DNA of 64,000 bases from Gemmatimonadota bacterium (lineage in GTDB: Bacteria > ARS69). The DNA is taken from contig JASLLL010000013.1 of the NCBI GenBank assembly GCA_030747075.1, positions 628 through 64,627 on the forward strand, in the 5' to 3' direction. The position numbers and the translations under genes are program-made. Within the stretch, counting starts at the first letter, position 1, and every line of letters begins with the position of its first letter. Below the pieces are notes generated by a model, which saw only the letters and a list, made by a program, of their open reading frames with translations, made no database searches and was not told where the DNA came from. This document shows, piece after piece, positions 1-9,303 of the stretch.

Positions 1-154
1 GCTGGAGTACGATCCGGCGAAACGCGAGTTTGAAATCGCCGTCCGGTGCAATGACCCACGATTCAATGATTACGCCACCAAGCAGATCGAGCGTCAGGAG
101 CAACTGATCAAGATTCGAGAGCTCAAGGCGCAGAAAGAGAAGTACGGCTATTAG
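1..154 (+). CDS. 3' end of a CDS entering the window (hypothetical, possibly TPR-like C-terminus)
   Basis: Open frame from base 2 (LEYDPAKREFEIAVRCNDPRFNDYATKQIERQEQLIKIRELKAQKEKYGY) ending TAG at 152-154. Confidence 0.65.
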   Translation, partial: LEYDPAKREFEIAVRCNDPRFNDYATKQIERQEQLIKIRELKAQKEKYGY

Positions 155-167
155 CCCGGAGTCTGGA

Positions 168-202
168 CTGACCGCCGATTCTGCCGGAATCCCGGCGGTC
201 AG
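168..202 (+). terminator. GC-rich stem-loop, possible terminator or mRNA stabiliser
   Basis: CTGACCGCCG (168-177) pairs with CGGCGGTCAG (193-202), inner ATTC/GAAT; no strong U-tract. Confidence 0.4.
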
Positions 203-229
203 CTTCAGGTCCGAAAACAGGAGGGTGTC

Positions 230-1249
230 GTGAGTACCCCGAATCCAGACAATGTGGAGGAGTTCCTGAGGAATGTCCTCAAACCGAAGGGGGATCGTCC
301 GTCGATGCGTCTCCCGATCATTCCGATTGTGCTGGTGCTTCTGGGCCTCGGAGCCGTTCGTACCACCTTCTTTACGGTAGAACCGGAAGAGGTCGGGGTT
401 GTGCTCCGGTTCGGACAGTATGTCCGGGAAGTGGACCCAGGCCTGCACATCCGATTGCCATTCGGCATTGAGCGTTATGTGCGTGTTCCCGTGCAGAGGC
501 AACTGAAGGAAGAGTTCGGATTCCGAACCACCGCCGCGGCCCAGCGTTCCGAGTACATCCGGGACCGGGGATCTCGTGCGGAAGCGGTCATGCTCACCGG
601 GGACCTGAACATTACTGATGTGGAGTGGATCGTGCAGTACAAGGTCGTCGATCCGGTGGCGTTTCTCTTTCGGGTGCGTGCCGCGCGGGAGACTTTCCGC
701 GACATGTCCGAAGCCGTCATGCGGTCGGTTGTCGGGGACCGCTCCGTGGACGAAGTGCTGACAGTGGGGCGGCAGGAGATCGAGGACCAGTGCCTGACCA
801 AGCTGCAGGAACTCTGCTCGCAGTACGAACTGGGACTGGATGTCCAGATGGTCGCCCTTCAAAATGTCAACCCGCCCGAAGAAGTGAAGGCGTCCTTCAA
901 CGAGGTCAATCAGGCCGTGCAGGAACGGGAAACACTGATCAACATGGCTCAGGCGGAACTGAACCGGGAGATTCCCAAGGCCGAGGGTGAGGCGCTTGCT
1001 CTGATCGAATCGGCGCATGGCTACGCCATCGACCGCGTGAACACGGCAGAGGGGGACGCCTCTCGCTTTGCCTCCGTTCTGGCCGAGTACAAGCGGTCTC
1101 CCCAAGTGACCCGCGACCGGCTCTATCTGGAGGCCATGGCGGATGTTCTCCCCAGAGTGGGCAAGAAGGTGGTCCTGGATGAATCGCTGGACGGGGTGCT
1201 GCCGCTTCTCGATATCAACCGGCTTACGGAGACGGGAGGTGCAAGATGA
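230..1249 (+). CDS. hflK: FtsH protease modulator HflK (SPFH/band 7)
   Basis: N-terminal TM, GVVLRFG, MLTGDLNI, VNPPEEVKASFNEVNQA, VTRDRLYLEAM; SD AGGAGG; overlaps hflC. Confidence 0.93.
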   Translation: MSTPNPDNVEEFLRNVLKPKGDRPSMRLPIIPIVLVLLGLGAVRTTFFTVEPEEVGVVLRFGQYVREVDPGLHIRLPFGIERYVRVPVQRQLKEEFGFRTTAAAQRSEYIRDRGSRAEAVMLTGDLNITDVEWIVQYKVVDPVAFLFRVRAARETFRDMSEAVMRSVVGDRSVDEVLTVGRQEIEDQCLTKLQELCSQYELGLDVQMVALQNVNPPEEVKASFNEVNQAVQERETLINMAQAELNREIPKAEGEALALIESAHGYAIDRVNTAEGDASRFASVLAEYKRSPQVTRDRLYLEAMADVLPRVGKKVVLDESLDGVLPLLDINRLTETGGAR

Positions 1250-2187
1250 CTCCGGGGAAAATGGGTCTTCTAGCGGTTCTCCTGATGCTGTTCGTCGTGG
1301 GCGGCAGTACTCTCTATGTCGTCTCCGAGACCGAGCAGGTCATTATTACCCAGTTTGGTCGGCCGGTGGGAGAACCCGTTGTCGTGGCGGGTCTCCATTT
1401 CAAGATCCCGTTCGTCCAGACCGCGAATCGGTTTGATCGGCGTTGGCTGGCCTGGGACGGCGACGCCAACCAGATGCCCACTCGTGACAAGAAGTTCATT
1501 TGGGTGGACACCTATGCACGCTGGCGCATCAAGGATCCGTTGCTTTTCTTCCAGCGGGTTCGGGACGAGCGTGGTGCCCAGACACGATTGGATGACATCC
1601 TGGACGGGGAGACCCGGAAGGCCATCGCCAATGTGGACCTCATCGAAGTGGTGCGCTCGGAAAACCGGGAGTTCACGGTCACGGCGGAGGTAGCCGCCGG
1701 CGAAGAAGCGGCAAAGTCCGCGCAAATCTCCGTGGGTCGCGAGGCGATCACCAATGAAGTCCTCCGGCGTTCTTCGATCAAGACCGGGGCCTTCGGGATC
1801 GAACTGGTCGATGTGCGTCTCAAGCGGATCAACTATGTGGAGAATGTCCGGCGCTCGGTCTACGAGCGAATGATCTCGGAACGGCAGAAGATCCGGGACA
1901 AGCTTCGCTCGGAGGGGCAGGGTCGGAGTGCGGAGATTCTCGGCGTGAAAGAGAAAGAGCTGAAGAGGATTGCCTCGGGTGCGTATCGCCAGGCGCAGGG
2001 GATTCGCGGGATTGCGGATTCCACGGCCGCGCGGGTCTATGCATCGGCTTATGGGGAGGAGCCGGAGTTCTACAACCTGCTGCGGACGCTGGAGCTCTAC
2101 CGCTCTACGATGGGCGAGGAGGATGTGCTGGTTCTCTCCACCGACGGGGACTTCTACCGCTTCCTTCGCGGAAGCTCGAACCCGTAG
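1246..2187 (+). CDS. hflC: FtsH protease modulator HflC
   Basis: IITQFGRPV, GLHFKIPFVQ, VDTYARWRIKDP, VYERMISER, FYNLLRTLELY; follows hflK. Confidence 0.93.
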   Translation: MTPGKMGLLAVLLMLFVVGGSTLYVVSETEQVIITQFGRPVGEPVVVAGLHFKIPFVQTANRFDRRWLAWDGDANQMPTRDKKFIWVDTYARWRIKDPLLFFQRVRDERGAQTRLDDILDGETRKAIANVDLIEVVRSENREFTVTAEVAAGEEAAKSAQISVGREAITNEVLRRSSIKTGAFGIELVDVRLKRINYVENVRRSVYERMISERQKIRDKLRSEGQGRSAEILGVKEKELKRIASGAYRQAQGIRGIADSTAARVYASAYGEEPEFYNLLRTLELYRSTMGEEDVLVLSTDGDFYRFLRGSSNP

Positions 2188-2192
2188 CGATT

Positions 2193-3266
2193 GTGCGCGT
2201 TCTTGTGGCCCTCTCCGGAGGAGTCGACAGTGCAGTCACGGCCCTCCTGCTGGCTCGGGAGGGCCGTGATCTCGTGGGGGTCACGCACAAGAACTGGTGC
2301 TACGGGGAGGACCCCGATGGCGGACGGTCGTGCTGCTCCCTGGAGTCAATCGAAGCGGCGCGAAGCCTCGCTTCGCACCTGAGCTTTCCGCACTATGTGG
2401 TCGATTCCGAGGACCCCTTTGACGAGTCGGTCATCGGCCCTTTCACCCGCGACTATCTGGAAGGCCGCACCCCGAACCCGTGCGTCGAGTGCAACCAGGC
2501 CGTTCGCTTTCCTGCGCTGGCGAAGCAGGCGCGGGACCTGGGTTGCGGAGCGTTCGCCACGGGGCATTACGCCCGTGTGGACCGTTCCGGGCCCGCCCCG
2601 CGCATTCTCCGCGCGGTAGATCGCACCCGCGATCAGAGCTACATGCTCTGGCGTGTCGGCGAGCAGGACCTGGAGATGGCGCTCTTCCCGCTCGGAGGTT
2701 TCGCCAAGGATGAGGTCCGGGAGGTCGCTGCGCAGGAGGGGCTTGGTGTGGCGAATCGACCGGACAGCCAGGAGATCTGCTTTGTTCCGGACGGGGACTT
2801 CGGGGCGTTTCTCGAGTCCCGCGAAGGAGACTCCGGCCGCCTGTCGGACACGCTCTCACCCGGGGACATCGTGACGGAGGCGGGGGAGGTTGTGGGAACA
2901 CACCGCGGCACGGCCCGGTATACCGTCGGGCAGCGCCGGGGGCTTGGCGTGGCGCTGGGGGAGCCGGTCTATGTCCTGCGCGTGGACGCGGTGCAGAACC
3001 GCCTTGTCGTGGGGCCGGAGGCGGGGCTATTCGCGAGCCAGGCGGTTCTTCGGGCCGTTCGCCGCCCGACGAATCGGGGGGACGGGCGGTTCCTCGTTCA
3101 GATCCGGTCCCGGCACACGGCGGCTCCCGCTTCCGTCTCTTTTCCCTCCCCGGGCTTGGCGGTCGTGGAGTTCGACGAACCCCAGAGGGCCATCACCCCG
3201 GGTCAGTCCGCCGTCTTGTATGACGAGGATGCCGTGGCGGGCGGAGGAATCATCGCTCAGGGTTGA
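2193..3266 (+). CDS. mnmA: tRNA-specific 2-thiouridylase MnmA
   Basis: SGGVDS PP-loop, TPNPCVECN, ATGHYA, RDQSYML, DSQEICF, TVGQRRGLG, ITPGQSAVLY. Confidence 0.96.
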   Translation: MRVLVALSGGVDSAVTALLLAREGRDLVGVTHKNWCYGEDPDGGRSCCSLESIEAARSLASHLSFPHYVVDSEDPFDESVIGPFTRDYLEGRTPNPCVECNQAVRFPALAKQARDLGCGAFATGHYARVDRSGPAPRILRAVDRTRDQSYMLWRVGEQDLEMALFPLGGFAKDEVREVAAQEGLGVANRPDSQEICFVPDGDFGAFLESREGDSGRLSDTLSPGDIVTEAGEVVGTHRGTARYTVGQRRGLGVALGEPVYVLRVDAVQNRLVVGPEAGLFASQAVLRAVRRPTNRGDGRFLVQIRSRHTAAPASVSFPSPGLAVVEFDEPQRAITPGQSAVLYDEDAVAGGGIIAQG

Positions 3267-3290
3267 CAGGAGATGCTCTCACCGTACAAT
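3263..3290 (+). promoter_or_regulatory. sigma70-type promoter of the tRNA cluster
   Basis: TTGACA-N16-TACAAT followed by a GC-rich discriminator, 13 nt before tRNA-Ser. Confidence 0.75.
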
Positions 3291-3303
3291 GTCCGGCTCC
3301 CGG

Positions 3304-3389
3304 GGAGGGATGGCCGAGTGGTCGAAGGCGACGGTCTTGAAAACCGTTGAGCGAAAGCTCCGTGGGTTCGAATCCTACTCCCTCCGCCA
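3304..3389 (+). tRNA. tRNA-Ser(TGA)
   Basis: GGAGGGA/TCCCTCC acceptor, ACGGT-CT-TGA-AA-ACCGT, long variable arm, GGTTCGAATCC, G73-CCA. Confidence 0.97.
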
Positions 3390-3462
3390 CCGGACTCCAG
3401 TGTCCGGGAGCGGAGGGGGCGGTGTCCCGGGCCGGGGTGGAGACTTCCGCCCGGAATGACAG

Positions 3463-3554
3463 GGAGAGGTGCGAGAGTGGCTGAATCGGGCCGCCTGCTA
3501 AGCGGTTAGGGAGAGAAATCTTCCTCGAGGGTTCGAATCCCTCCCTCTCCGCCA
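3463..3554 (+). tRNA. tRNA-Ser(GCT)
   Basis: GGAGAGG/CCTCTCC acceptor, GCCGC-CT-GCT-AA-GCGGT, long variable arm, encoded CCA. Confidence 0.97.
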
Positions 3555-3576
3555 CTGATTCGGGAAGGTGTGGTGC

Positions 3577-3653
3577 GCGCCCATAGCTCAATTGGATAGA
3601 GCGTTTGGCTACGGACCAAAAGGTTGGGGGTTCGAGTCCTCCTGGGCGCGCCA
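3577..3653 (+). tRNA. tRNA-Arg(ACG)
   Basis: GCGCCCA/TGGGCGC acceptor, TTTGG-CT-ACG-GA-CCAAA, GGTTCGAGTCC, CCA. Confidence 0.97.
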
Positions 3654-3721
3654 TGCCATCCTGATGATTGCACTCTAGCCTCGGACTCTCCGGAGACCGG
3701 GGATCGACGCGGAGAAAGCAG

Positions 3722-4579
3722 ATGAGATTCAAGACCCCGGCAGCCCTTCTTCTCCTCTTTGCCATGGCAGCCCCCGCCGATGCGGCCCGGCTTCGTGTGG
3801 AGGCCGCGCCGTATCTACAGGATGTTGTGGACTCCGCAGCCTATGGGGACACCGTGTTCGTGGCTCCGGGTCTCTACCCGCAGCTTCGTCTCCGGACGGG
3901 GATTCGGCTCATATCTGAAGGGGGTCCGGAGGTGACTACTCTCCGGAACGATCGCTTCTGGGTGATCCAGGCAAAGCAGACGGACAGCCTGACGGTCGTG
4001 GACGGTTTCACGCTGGATGGCGTGGAGGCTGCGGAGGGCATTTTGCATACGGAGGACTCGTTCCTGACCGTGCGGAACTGCGTTCTCCAGAATGGATGGA
4101 GCGGGATTCGGTCCGAGTACAGCGACCTTCGCGTGGAGAACTGCGTAATCTCCGGCTGCCAGAACGGGATCTACCTCTTCGAATCTCGCGGCACAATCAT
4201 CGGCAATACCATTTCCGGATGCATCAACGGGATGTCCGTCACCAGTTCCAGCCCGCGCATCCTGCGCAACGAAGTCGTGCGGAACTCGGTGGGGATCTTC
4301 GTGACGGAACACTCGAACCCCAGCATCGGCGGCAGTCTTTCTTCCGCCAACCGGATTCATCACAACCGTGGCGGGAATATCAGGAACAGCTCCTATCTGA
4401 AGGAGTTCAGCATTCGGACGAAGAAACCGATGACCTTGAGCGTCCCGTTCAACTTCTGGGGGACGGATTGCCCCGACAGTCTCTCCTTCCGCGGGCCTGT
4501 GATCTGGTCGCCCTGGGTGGCTGAGAATGGAAAGGAGTCCCTTGAGTCCTGCCCGCCGGAAACCGGAGCGATTCACTAG
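3722..4579 (+). CDS. Secreted right-handed parallel beta-helix protein (NosD/pectin-lyase-like)
   Basis: Signal peptide ending PADA, LQDVVDSAAYGDTVFVAPGLY, GI-x-x-N repeats, NFWG; ATG at 3722. Confidence 0.78.
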   Translation: MRFKTPAALLLLFAMAAPADAARLRVEAAPYLQDVVDSAAYGDTVFVAPGLYPQLRLRTGIRLISEGGPEVTTLRNDRFWVIQAKQTDSLTVVDGFTLDGVEAAEGILHTEDSFLTVRNCVLQNGWSGIRSEYSDLRVENCVISGCQNGIYLFESRGTIIGNTISGCINGMSVTSSSPRILRNEVVRNSVGIFVTEHSNPSIGGSLSSANRIHHNRGGNIRNSSYLKEFSIRTKKPMTLSVPFNFWGTDCPDSLSFRGPVIWSPWVAENGKESLESCPPETGAIH

Positions 4580-6149
4580 CCGGGCGGTATCCCTCCAGTC
4601 CGCCCTGATTCTGGCGGTCTTCGTCGCCTCAGTCCTTGGCGCTTCAGGATGCGGCGGCTCCCGGGAACGTCCGCGCGTTCTCGTGATCGGCCTGGACGGT
4701 GCTACTTTCGCCGTGCTTGACCCACTCATCCAGGAAGGCGTACTGCCGAATCTGGCCGCCCTGCGGAGTCGGGGGGGCGGGGGTGTTCTGGAGTCGGTAT
4801 TGCCGGTGGTGTCGCCGCCCGCATGGACGACCGCCTTCACCGGGGTCAATCCCGGCAAGCACAACATCTACGATTTCTTTCATGCGACAGCCGCCGGGCC
4901 GCAGGCCATCCTTACCTCTTCCCTCGATCGAAGGGCCGACCCTGTCTGGGAAGTTCTCAACGAGAACGGGGTTCGAACCGGCATCATGAATATCCCCATG
5001 ACCTTCCCGCCTGAGAAGGTGGACGGCTTCATGATCTCCGGCTTTCCCTTCGGGGCGGCGCAGACGGGATACACCTCTCCGCCCGAGCTGGAGAAGCGGG
5101 TGGCTCCCTATCCGCTGGATCTGTTTGGCGAGAGCATCCAGCCCGGCGCGGAGGGACAGCTCCTCGCGCATTTTCGAAAGACACTGGACCGCCACGCCGC
5201 CGTCGCGGAGGCGCTTCTCGTCGAGGAGGAGTGGGATCTGTTCTGGGTGGTGTTTACCGGCCCCGACAAGGTGCAGCACTTCTTCTGGAAGTTCACGGAT
5301 CCCGAGCACCCGGAATACGATCCCGCGCTGGCCGAACGATTCGGGAGCGCCATCCGGGATCTCTGGATTCGTATGGACTCCGTGGTCGGGGAACTGGTGG
5401 ACCTTGCCGGCCCGGAGACGGACATCCTTGTCATGAGCGACCACGGATTCGGCCCGATCCATTCCGAACTGCGGCTCATGTCGTGGCTGGTTCAGGAGGG
5501 GTTTGTGCAGATCGACCGGGAGCATCCCGCGCGGAGTTCTGTTCGAGCGGTGGCCCCGGGACCTTTCGGCGGACTGGTTCGTGTGAATCAGCGCGACCGG
5601 GACTTTCGCGGCACAGTCCCGCCGGGAGAAGCGTCCGAGCGCGTGCTGGAGGAGGTTCGCGAAGGCCTGACCGCGTTGGTGGATCCCACGACGGGTGCGC
5701 CGTTTGTGCAGGAGATCCACCTGCGCGACGAACTCTTCCACGGTCCCTGGGTGGGCAATGCGCCGGACCTGGTGTTCCTGGAAGCGCCACGCGGGTTTGT
5801 CGGACGCGGCGGTCTGGAGGGCGATGCATTCGGGCCGCCCGGCTACACCTTCTCCGGGTTTCATCGACCGGATGGAATCCTGTGGGGAGCCGGGCCGCAC
5901 ATTCCTCCGAACGCCGCGCGGGGCCACTTCTCCATTGTGGATGTGACGCCCACGCTTCTCTGGCTGTTCGGGGTGGACCTTCCGGCGGATCTTGACGGAA
6001 CGGTCATGGCGGATCTCATCGGGGCCGACGCGCTCGAGGCGCGGCCGGTGGTGCGCGGGGAGCGGACCGTCGTGACGCCCGTGGCGCAGGCCGTGGAGAC
6101 GCCTGCTGCCGAACGCGAGGTTCTGGAGTCGCTCGGCTATGTCCGCTGA
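4527..6149 (+). CDS. Alkaline phosphatase superfamily lipoprotein (type I phosphodiesterase/nucleotide pyrophosphatase-like)
   Basis: Lipobox ASGC, VIGLDGA, SPPAWTTAFTGVNPGKHNIYDF, PDKVQHFFW, MSDHGF, HRPDG, LESLGYV. Confidence 0.85.
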   Translation: MERSPLSPARRKPERFTSRAVSLQSALILAVFVASVLGASGCGGSRERPRVLVIGLDGATFAVLDPLIQEGVLPNLAALRSRGGGGVLESVLPVVSPPAWTTAFTGVNPGKHNIYDFFHATAAGPQAILTSSLDRRADPVWEVLNENGVRTGIMNIPMTFPPEKVDGFMISGFPFGAAQTGYTSPPELEKRVAPYPLDLFGESIQPGAEGQLLAHFRKTLDRHAAVAEALLVEEEWDLFWVVFTGPDKVQHFFWKFTDPEHPEYDPALAERFGSAIRDLWIRMDSVVGELVDLAGPETDILVMSDHGFGPIHSELRLMSWLVQEGFVQIDREHPARSSVRAVAPGPFGGLVRVNQRDRDFRGTVPPGEASERVLEEVREGLTALVDPTTGAPFVQEIHLRDELFHGPWVGNAPDLVFLEAPRGFVGRGGLEGDAFGPPGYTFSGFHRPDGILWGAGPHIPPNAARGHFSIVDVTPTLLWLFGVDLPADLDGTVMADLIGADALEARPVVRGERTVVTPVAQAVETPAAEREVLESLGYVR

Positions 6150-8202
6150 CGCATTCCGGGAGCGCCGGATGACGCGATGGACTCTGGGGCTGGCGCTGGC
6201 CATCGGTGGGCTTCTCCGGTTTGAGTATCTTCGCGAACTCAGCGCGTCTCCATTCGGCCGGCACCTCTTCCTGGACGCGGGCTGGTTCTCCGAGACCGCC
6301 GCGGCGATCGCTTCCGGGCACCCGATCACCGGACCCGAGGCTCTCTTCCGGCCGCCTCTGTATCCGTACTTCCTGGCGATGCTCCTGTGGTTCGGGGGGG
6401 CAGAAGTCCTGGTGCCGCGCCTCGTGCAGTTCGCGCTGGGGTTGGTGCAGGGGTGGATGATCTACCGGATCGCACTTCGGACGCACGGGGTGCTGGTCGG
6501 TCGGATTGCGGGCGTGCTCGCCTTCACCTTCGGGATGTTCATCTACTTCGAAGCGGAGCTCCTGACCGCCACGCTGGCCACCTTCCTCGGGACGGCGGCG
6601 GTCTTCCTTCTGCTGGAGGGGAGGGATTCACGCTTTCCCGCCAAAGCCGCGGCGTCCGGGGTTCTGTTCGGGCTGGCGGGGCTGGCGCACGGTACGCTCC
6701 TGGTTGGCGCGCTCGGTGCGGCGCTCTGGGTAAGCCGGAGGTTCGGGCGCGGGGCGGCGATGCTCTTCGTTGCGGCGGTGTTGCTCTGCCCGGGGGGCGT
6801 GGCCGTGCGGAACCTCGTCCTTCACGGAGAGGCGATCCCCGTGGGGGGACAGGGCGGGATCAACTTCTACATCGGCAACTCCATCACGGCGGACGGGAAG
6901 TCCGCGCTGGCGCCCGGTGCCGCGGAGGCGGAGATCTCGATCGAGAAGGAACGCTATCGCGACACCATGCAGGCCGCGGCACGGCTGCACGCCGAGAGAA
7001 TCCTGGGGCGGGAACTCACGGTGAGAGAAGTGGACCGCTTCTGGTACTCCAAGACCTTCGAGTGGATCAGCATGCACCCCCGTGATACCGCGGCACTCTG
7101 GATGCGCAAGCTGGTGTATGTCTGGAACGGGTCGGAGATCGGGAACAACCGGGACTTCCGCGACCAGGCCGGGCGGTTCACTCCCATCCTGCGTTTCTTT
7201 CTTCTCCAGTTTTCCGTCCTGCTTCCGTTCGCGCTCTACGGGATGATCCGTGGCGGGGGGCGCCGAAGAGAGCAGGGGCTTCTCGCGATTCTGCTTCTCA
7301 CCCATACCGTGGTCCTCGTGGCATTCTTCGTCTGCAGTCGCTTCCGCCTGCCGATGATCCCCTGGCTCATCCCGTTTGGCGCGGCCGGGCTTGTGGCCTT
7401 TCTCCGCGATCTCCGCGCTGGTGCCGGCTCACCGGTTCGGGTCGCCGCGGCGAGTGTTGCGCTGACGGCTCTGTTCCTCGGAACGAACGCGCGCGTTCTC
7501 GAAGCCGTGGGAATGAATGAGATTCTGGTCGCCAAGGATGCTCCGTTCCATCGGTCCAATCTTGCGAATCTCTATCGACGTGAAGGAGACTTTGACGCCG
7601 CCATTGGCGAATACGAGGCCGCGATTGCGTACGGCGTGTCGGATCCGAGGATGCACTTGAACCTGGCCAACTGTCTCGCGCAGACGGGCCGGAGTTCCGC
7701 AGCCCGCGAGCACTACCGAACAGTGCTGGAGCTGTCGCCGGGGTACGAAGCGGTCGTCCGATGCGATCTGGGCGTCCTCTCCGCCCGGGAGGGCGACTGG
7801 GAGAGCGCGTTGCGCGAGTTCCGGCGAAGCCTGGCGGCGGATCCGGACCACGAGCTCTCGCTGGTCAATCAGGCGGCCACCTACCTGACGGCGGGGCGCT
7901 TCGAAGAGGCCATCGTGAGCTATCGCAGGCTTGTGCAGGGGGGCATCGGCGAGCCGGCGTTCGTCCGCAGCCGCCTGGGGCTGGCGTATCTGGAGGCAGG
8001 GCTTCTGGAGGAGGCGGAGTGGGAGTCGCTGGAGGCACTGCGGATGGACTCCGGGCAGATTGTGGCGGTCGTGACGCTGGGGAAGGTCTATGCGCGGCAG
8101 GGGCGCACGGAGGCCGCCGAGCGAATGTGGGAGAAGGCGCGGCAACTCGCGCCGGGTGCACCGGCCGTGGAACAGGCGATCCGGGACGCCCGGGGCGGGT
8201 AG
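6139..8202 (+). CDS. GT-C membrane glycosyltransferase (PMT_2/ArnT-like) with C-terminal TPR repeats
   Basis: Multiple TM helices, FRPPLYPYFLA, GGINFYIGN, SRFRLP, then TPRs (NLANLY, HLNLANCL, DLGVL, LGKVY). Confidence 0.8.
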   Translation: MSADAFRERRMTRWTLGLALAIGGLLRFEYLRELSASPFGRHLFLDAGWFSETAAAIASGHPITGPEALFRPPLYPYFLAMLLWFGGAEVLVPRLVQFALGLVQGWMIYRIALRTHGVLVGRIAGVLAFTFGMFIYFEAELLTATLATFLGTAAVFLLLEGRDSRFPAKAAASGVLFGLAGLAHGTLLVGALGAALWVSRRFGRGAAMLFVAAVLLCPGGVAVRNLVLHGEAIPVGGQGGINFYIGNSITADGKSALAPGAAEAEISIEKERYRDTMQAAARLHAERILGRELTVREVDRFWYSKTFEWISMHPRDTAALWMRKLVYVWNGSEIGNNRDFRDQAGRFTPILRFFLLQFSVLLPFALYGMIRGGGRRREQGLLAILLLTHTVVLVAFFVCSRFRLPMIPWLIPFGAAGLVAFLRDLRAGAGSPVRVAAASVALTALFLGTNARVLEAVGMNEILVAKDAPFHRSNLANLYRREGDFDAAIGEYEAAIAYGVSDPRMHLNLANCLAQTGRSSAAREHYRTVLELSPGYEAVVRCDLGVLSAREGDWESALREFRRSLAADPDHELSLVNQAATYLTAGRFEEAIVSYRRLVQGGIGEPAFVRSRLGLAYLEAGLLEEAEWESLEALRMDSGQIVAVVTLGKVYARQGRTEAAERMWEKARQLAPGAPAVEQAIRDARGG

Positions 8203-8226
8203 GCAGCCCGGGGTGCGGGCGCTTTC

Positions 8227-8256
8227 TTGACAACTTCCCGCGTCATTCGCTACCTT
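8227..8256 (+). promoter_or_regulatory. sigma70-type promoter for tadA/tRNA/ffs
   Basis: TTGACA-N18-TACCTT upstream of the tadA SD. Confidence 0.55.
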
Positions 8257-8292
8257 CGCCCCGACCGTCCCGGCATTTCCGGAGGGAATCCC

Positions 8293-8760
8293 ATCGGGCC
8301 AGACACAAGCGACGAACGCTGGATGGAGCACGCCATCGAGCTGGCTCAGGAGGCCGGGGACGCGGGCGAGGTGCCGGTCGGCGCAGTCGTCGTGAGAGAC
8401 GGGCAACTGGTGGGTCGCGGGCGGAATCGGATGCGCGAATACGCGGACCCGTGTGCGCACGCGGAGATGCTTGCGCTTCGAAATGCGCATGAGCCCGGTG
8501 GTGCCGGGCGACTGGACGGTGATACGCTGTTCGTCACGCTGGAGCCGTGTTTTCAGTGTGCCGGGGCCATTGTTTTGGCGCGGATTGCGCGGGTGGTGTT
8601 CGGCGCCTGGGATCCGCGACTCGGGGCGGCGGGATCGCGCTTCGATTTGTTCGGCGAGGGAATCCTCGGGGAGGTCCGTGTTCGATCCGGGCTTCTGGAG
8701 GATCGCTGCTCCGAGCTTCTGTCGGGATGGTTCCGGGAGCGAAGGGCGCGCGAGGACTGA
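8293..8760 (+). CDS. tadA: tRNA adenosine(34) deaminase TadA (start uncertain: ATC 8293 or ATG 8323)
   Basis: DERWMEHA, GEVPVGAVVV, DPCAHAEM, TLEPCFQCAGA, LLSGWFRERR. Confidence 0.92.
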   Translation: MGPDTSDERWMEHAIELAQEAGDAGEVPVGAVVVRDGQLVGRGRNRMREYADPCAHAEMLALRNAHEPGGAGRLDGDTLFVTLEPCFQCAGAIVLARIARVVFGAWDPRLGAAGSRFDLFGEGILGEVRVRSGLLEDRCSELLSGWFRERRARED

Positions 8761-8762
8761 AC

Positions 8763-8852
8763 GGAGAGATGCCAGAGCGGTTGAATGGGGCGGTCTCGAA
8801 AACCGTTGTACCCGCGAGGGTACCGAGGGTTCGAATCCCTCTCTCTCCGCCA
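8763..8852 (+). tRNA. tRNA-Ser(CGA)
   Basis: GGAGAGA/TCTCTCC acceptor, GCGGT-CT-CGA-AA-ACCGT, long variable arm GTACCC-GCGA-GGGTAC, CCA. Confidence 0.97.
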
Positions 8853-8915
8853 GCGCGGAGGCCGGGGCATCCCGGAGCATGAGGTCCGGGACGCACGACA
8901 GGCAGGGCAAGACGC

Positions 8916-9005
8916 GGAGAGATGCGAGAGCGGTTGAATCGGCGCGACTGGAAATCGCGTAGGGCGGAAACGTCCTCGAGGGTTCGAATCCCTCTCTCTC
9001 CGCCA
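8916..9005 (+). tRNA. tRNA-Ser(GGA)
   Basis: GGAGAGA/TCTCTCC acceptor, CGCGA-CT-GGA-AA-TCGCG, long variable arm, CCA. Confidence 0.97.
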
Positions 9006-9051
9006 TGAAGACCGCCCCCGGATTTGCGACCGGGGGTGGGCCGGAAGAAGT

Positions 9052-9127
9052 GGGGATGTAGCTCAGCTGGGAGAGCGCCTCGTTCGCAACGAGGAGGTCG
9101 GCGGTTCGAGCCCGCTCATCTCCACCA
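9052..9127 (+). tRNA. tRNA-Ala(CGC)
   Basis: GGGGATG/CATCTCC with G3:U70 identity pair, CCTCG-TT-CGC-AA-CGAGG, ACCA end. Confidence 0.97.
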
Positions 9128-9158
9128 TCATTCCGGGAGGAATCCGGAGGCGTTCTGC

Positions 9159-9272
9159 GGGGCGTCGTGTCGGGTCCTGTGCAGCGAAAACCTGCGAACC
9201 GCGTCAGGGCCGGAAGGCAGCAGCGCTCAGCAGATCTTTTCGGGTGCCGCAGGGTTGCCTGGCCGGCGCCTC
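9159..9272 (+). ncRNA. ffs: Signal recognition particle RNA (4.5S)
   Basis: Domain IV core TCAGGGCCGGAAGGCAGCAGC with GGAA tetraloop in a long hairpin; usual position upstream of dnaX. Confidence 0.92.
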
Positions 9273-9303
9273 CAGGGACTCCTTCCTTCAGCGGGAGTTG
9301 CTC

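Noticed and set aside
3640-3665. Integrative element attachment site at tRNA-Arg
   Set aside because: Only a 5-bp local duplication; no integrase, no distal tRNA-end repeat, no obvious compositional shift.
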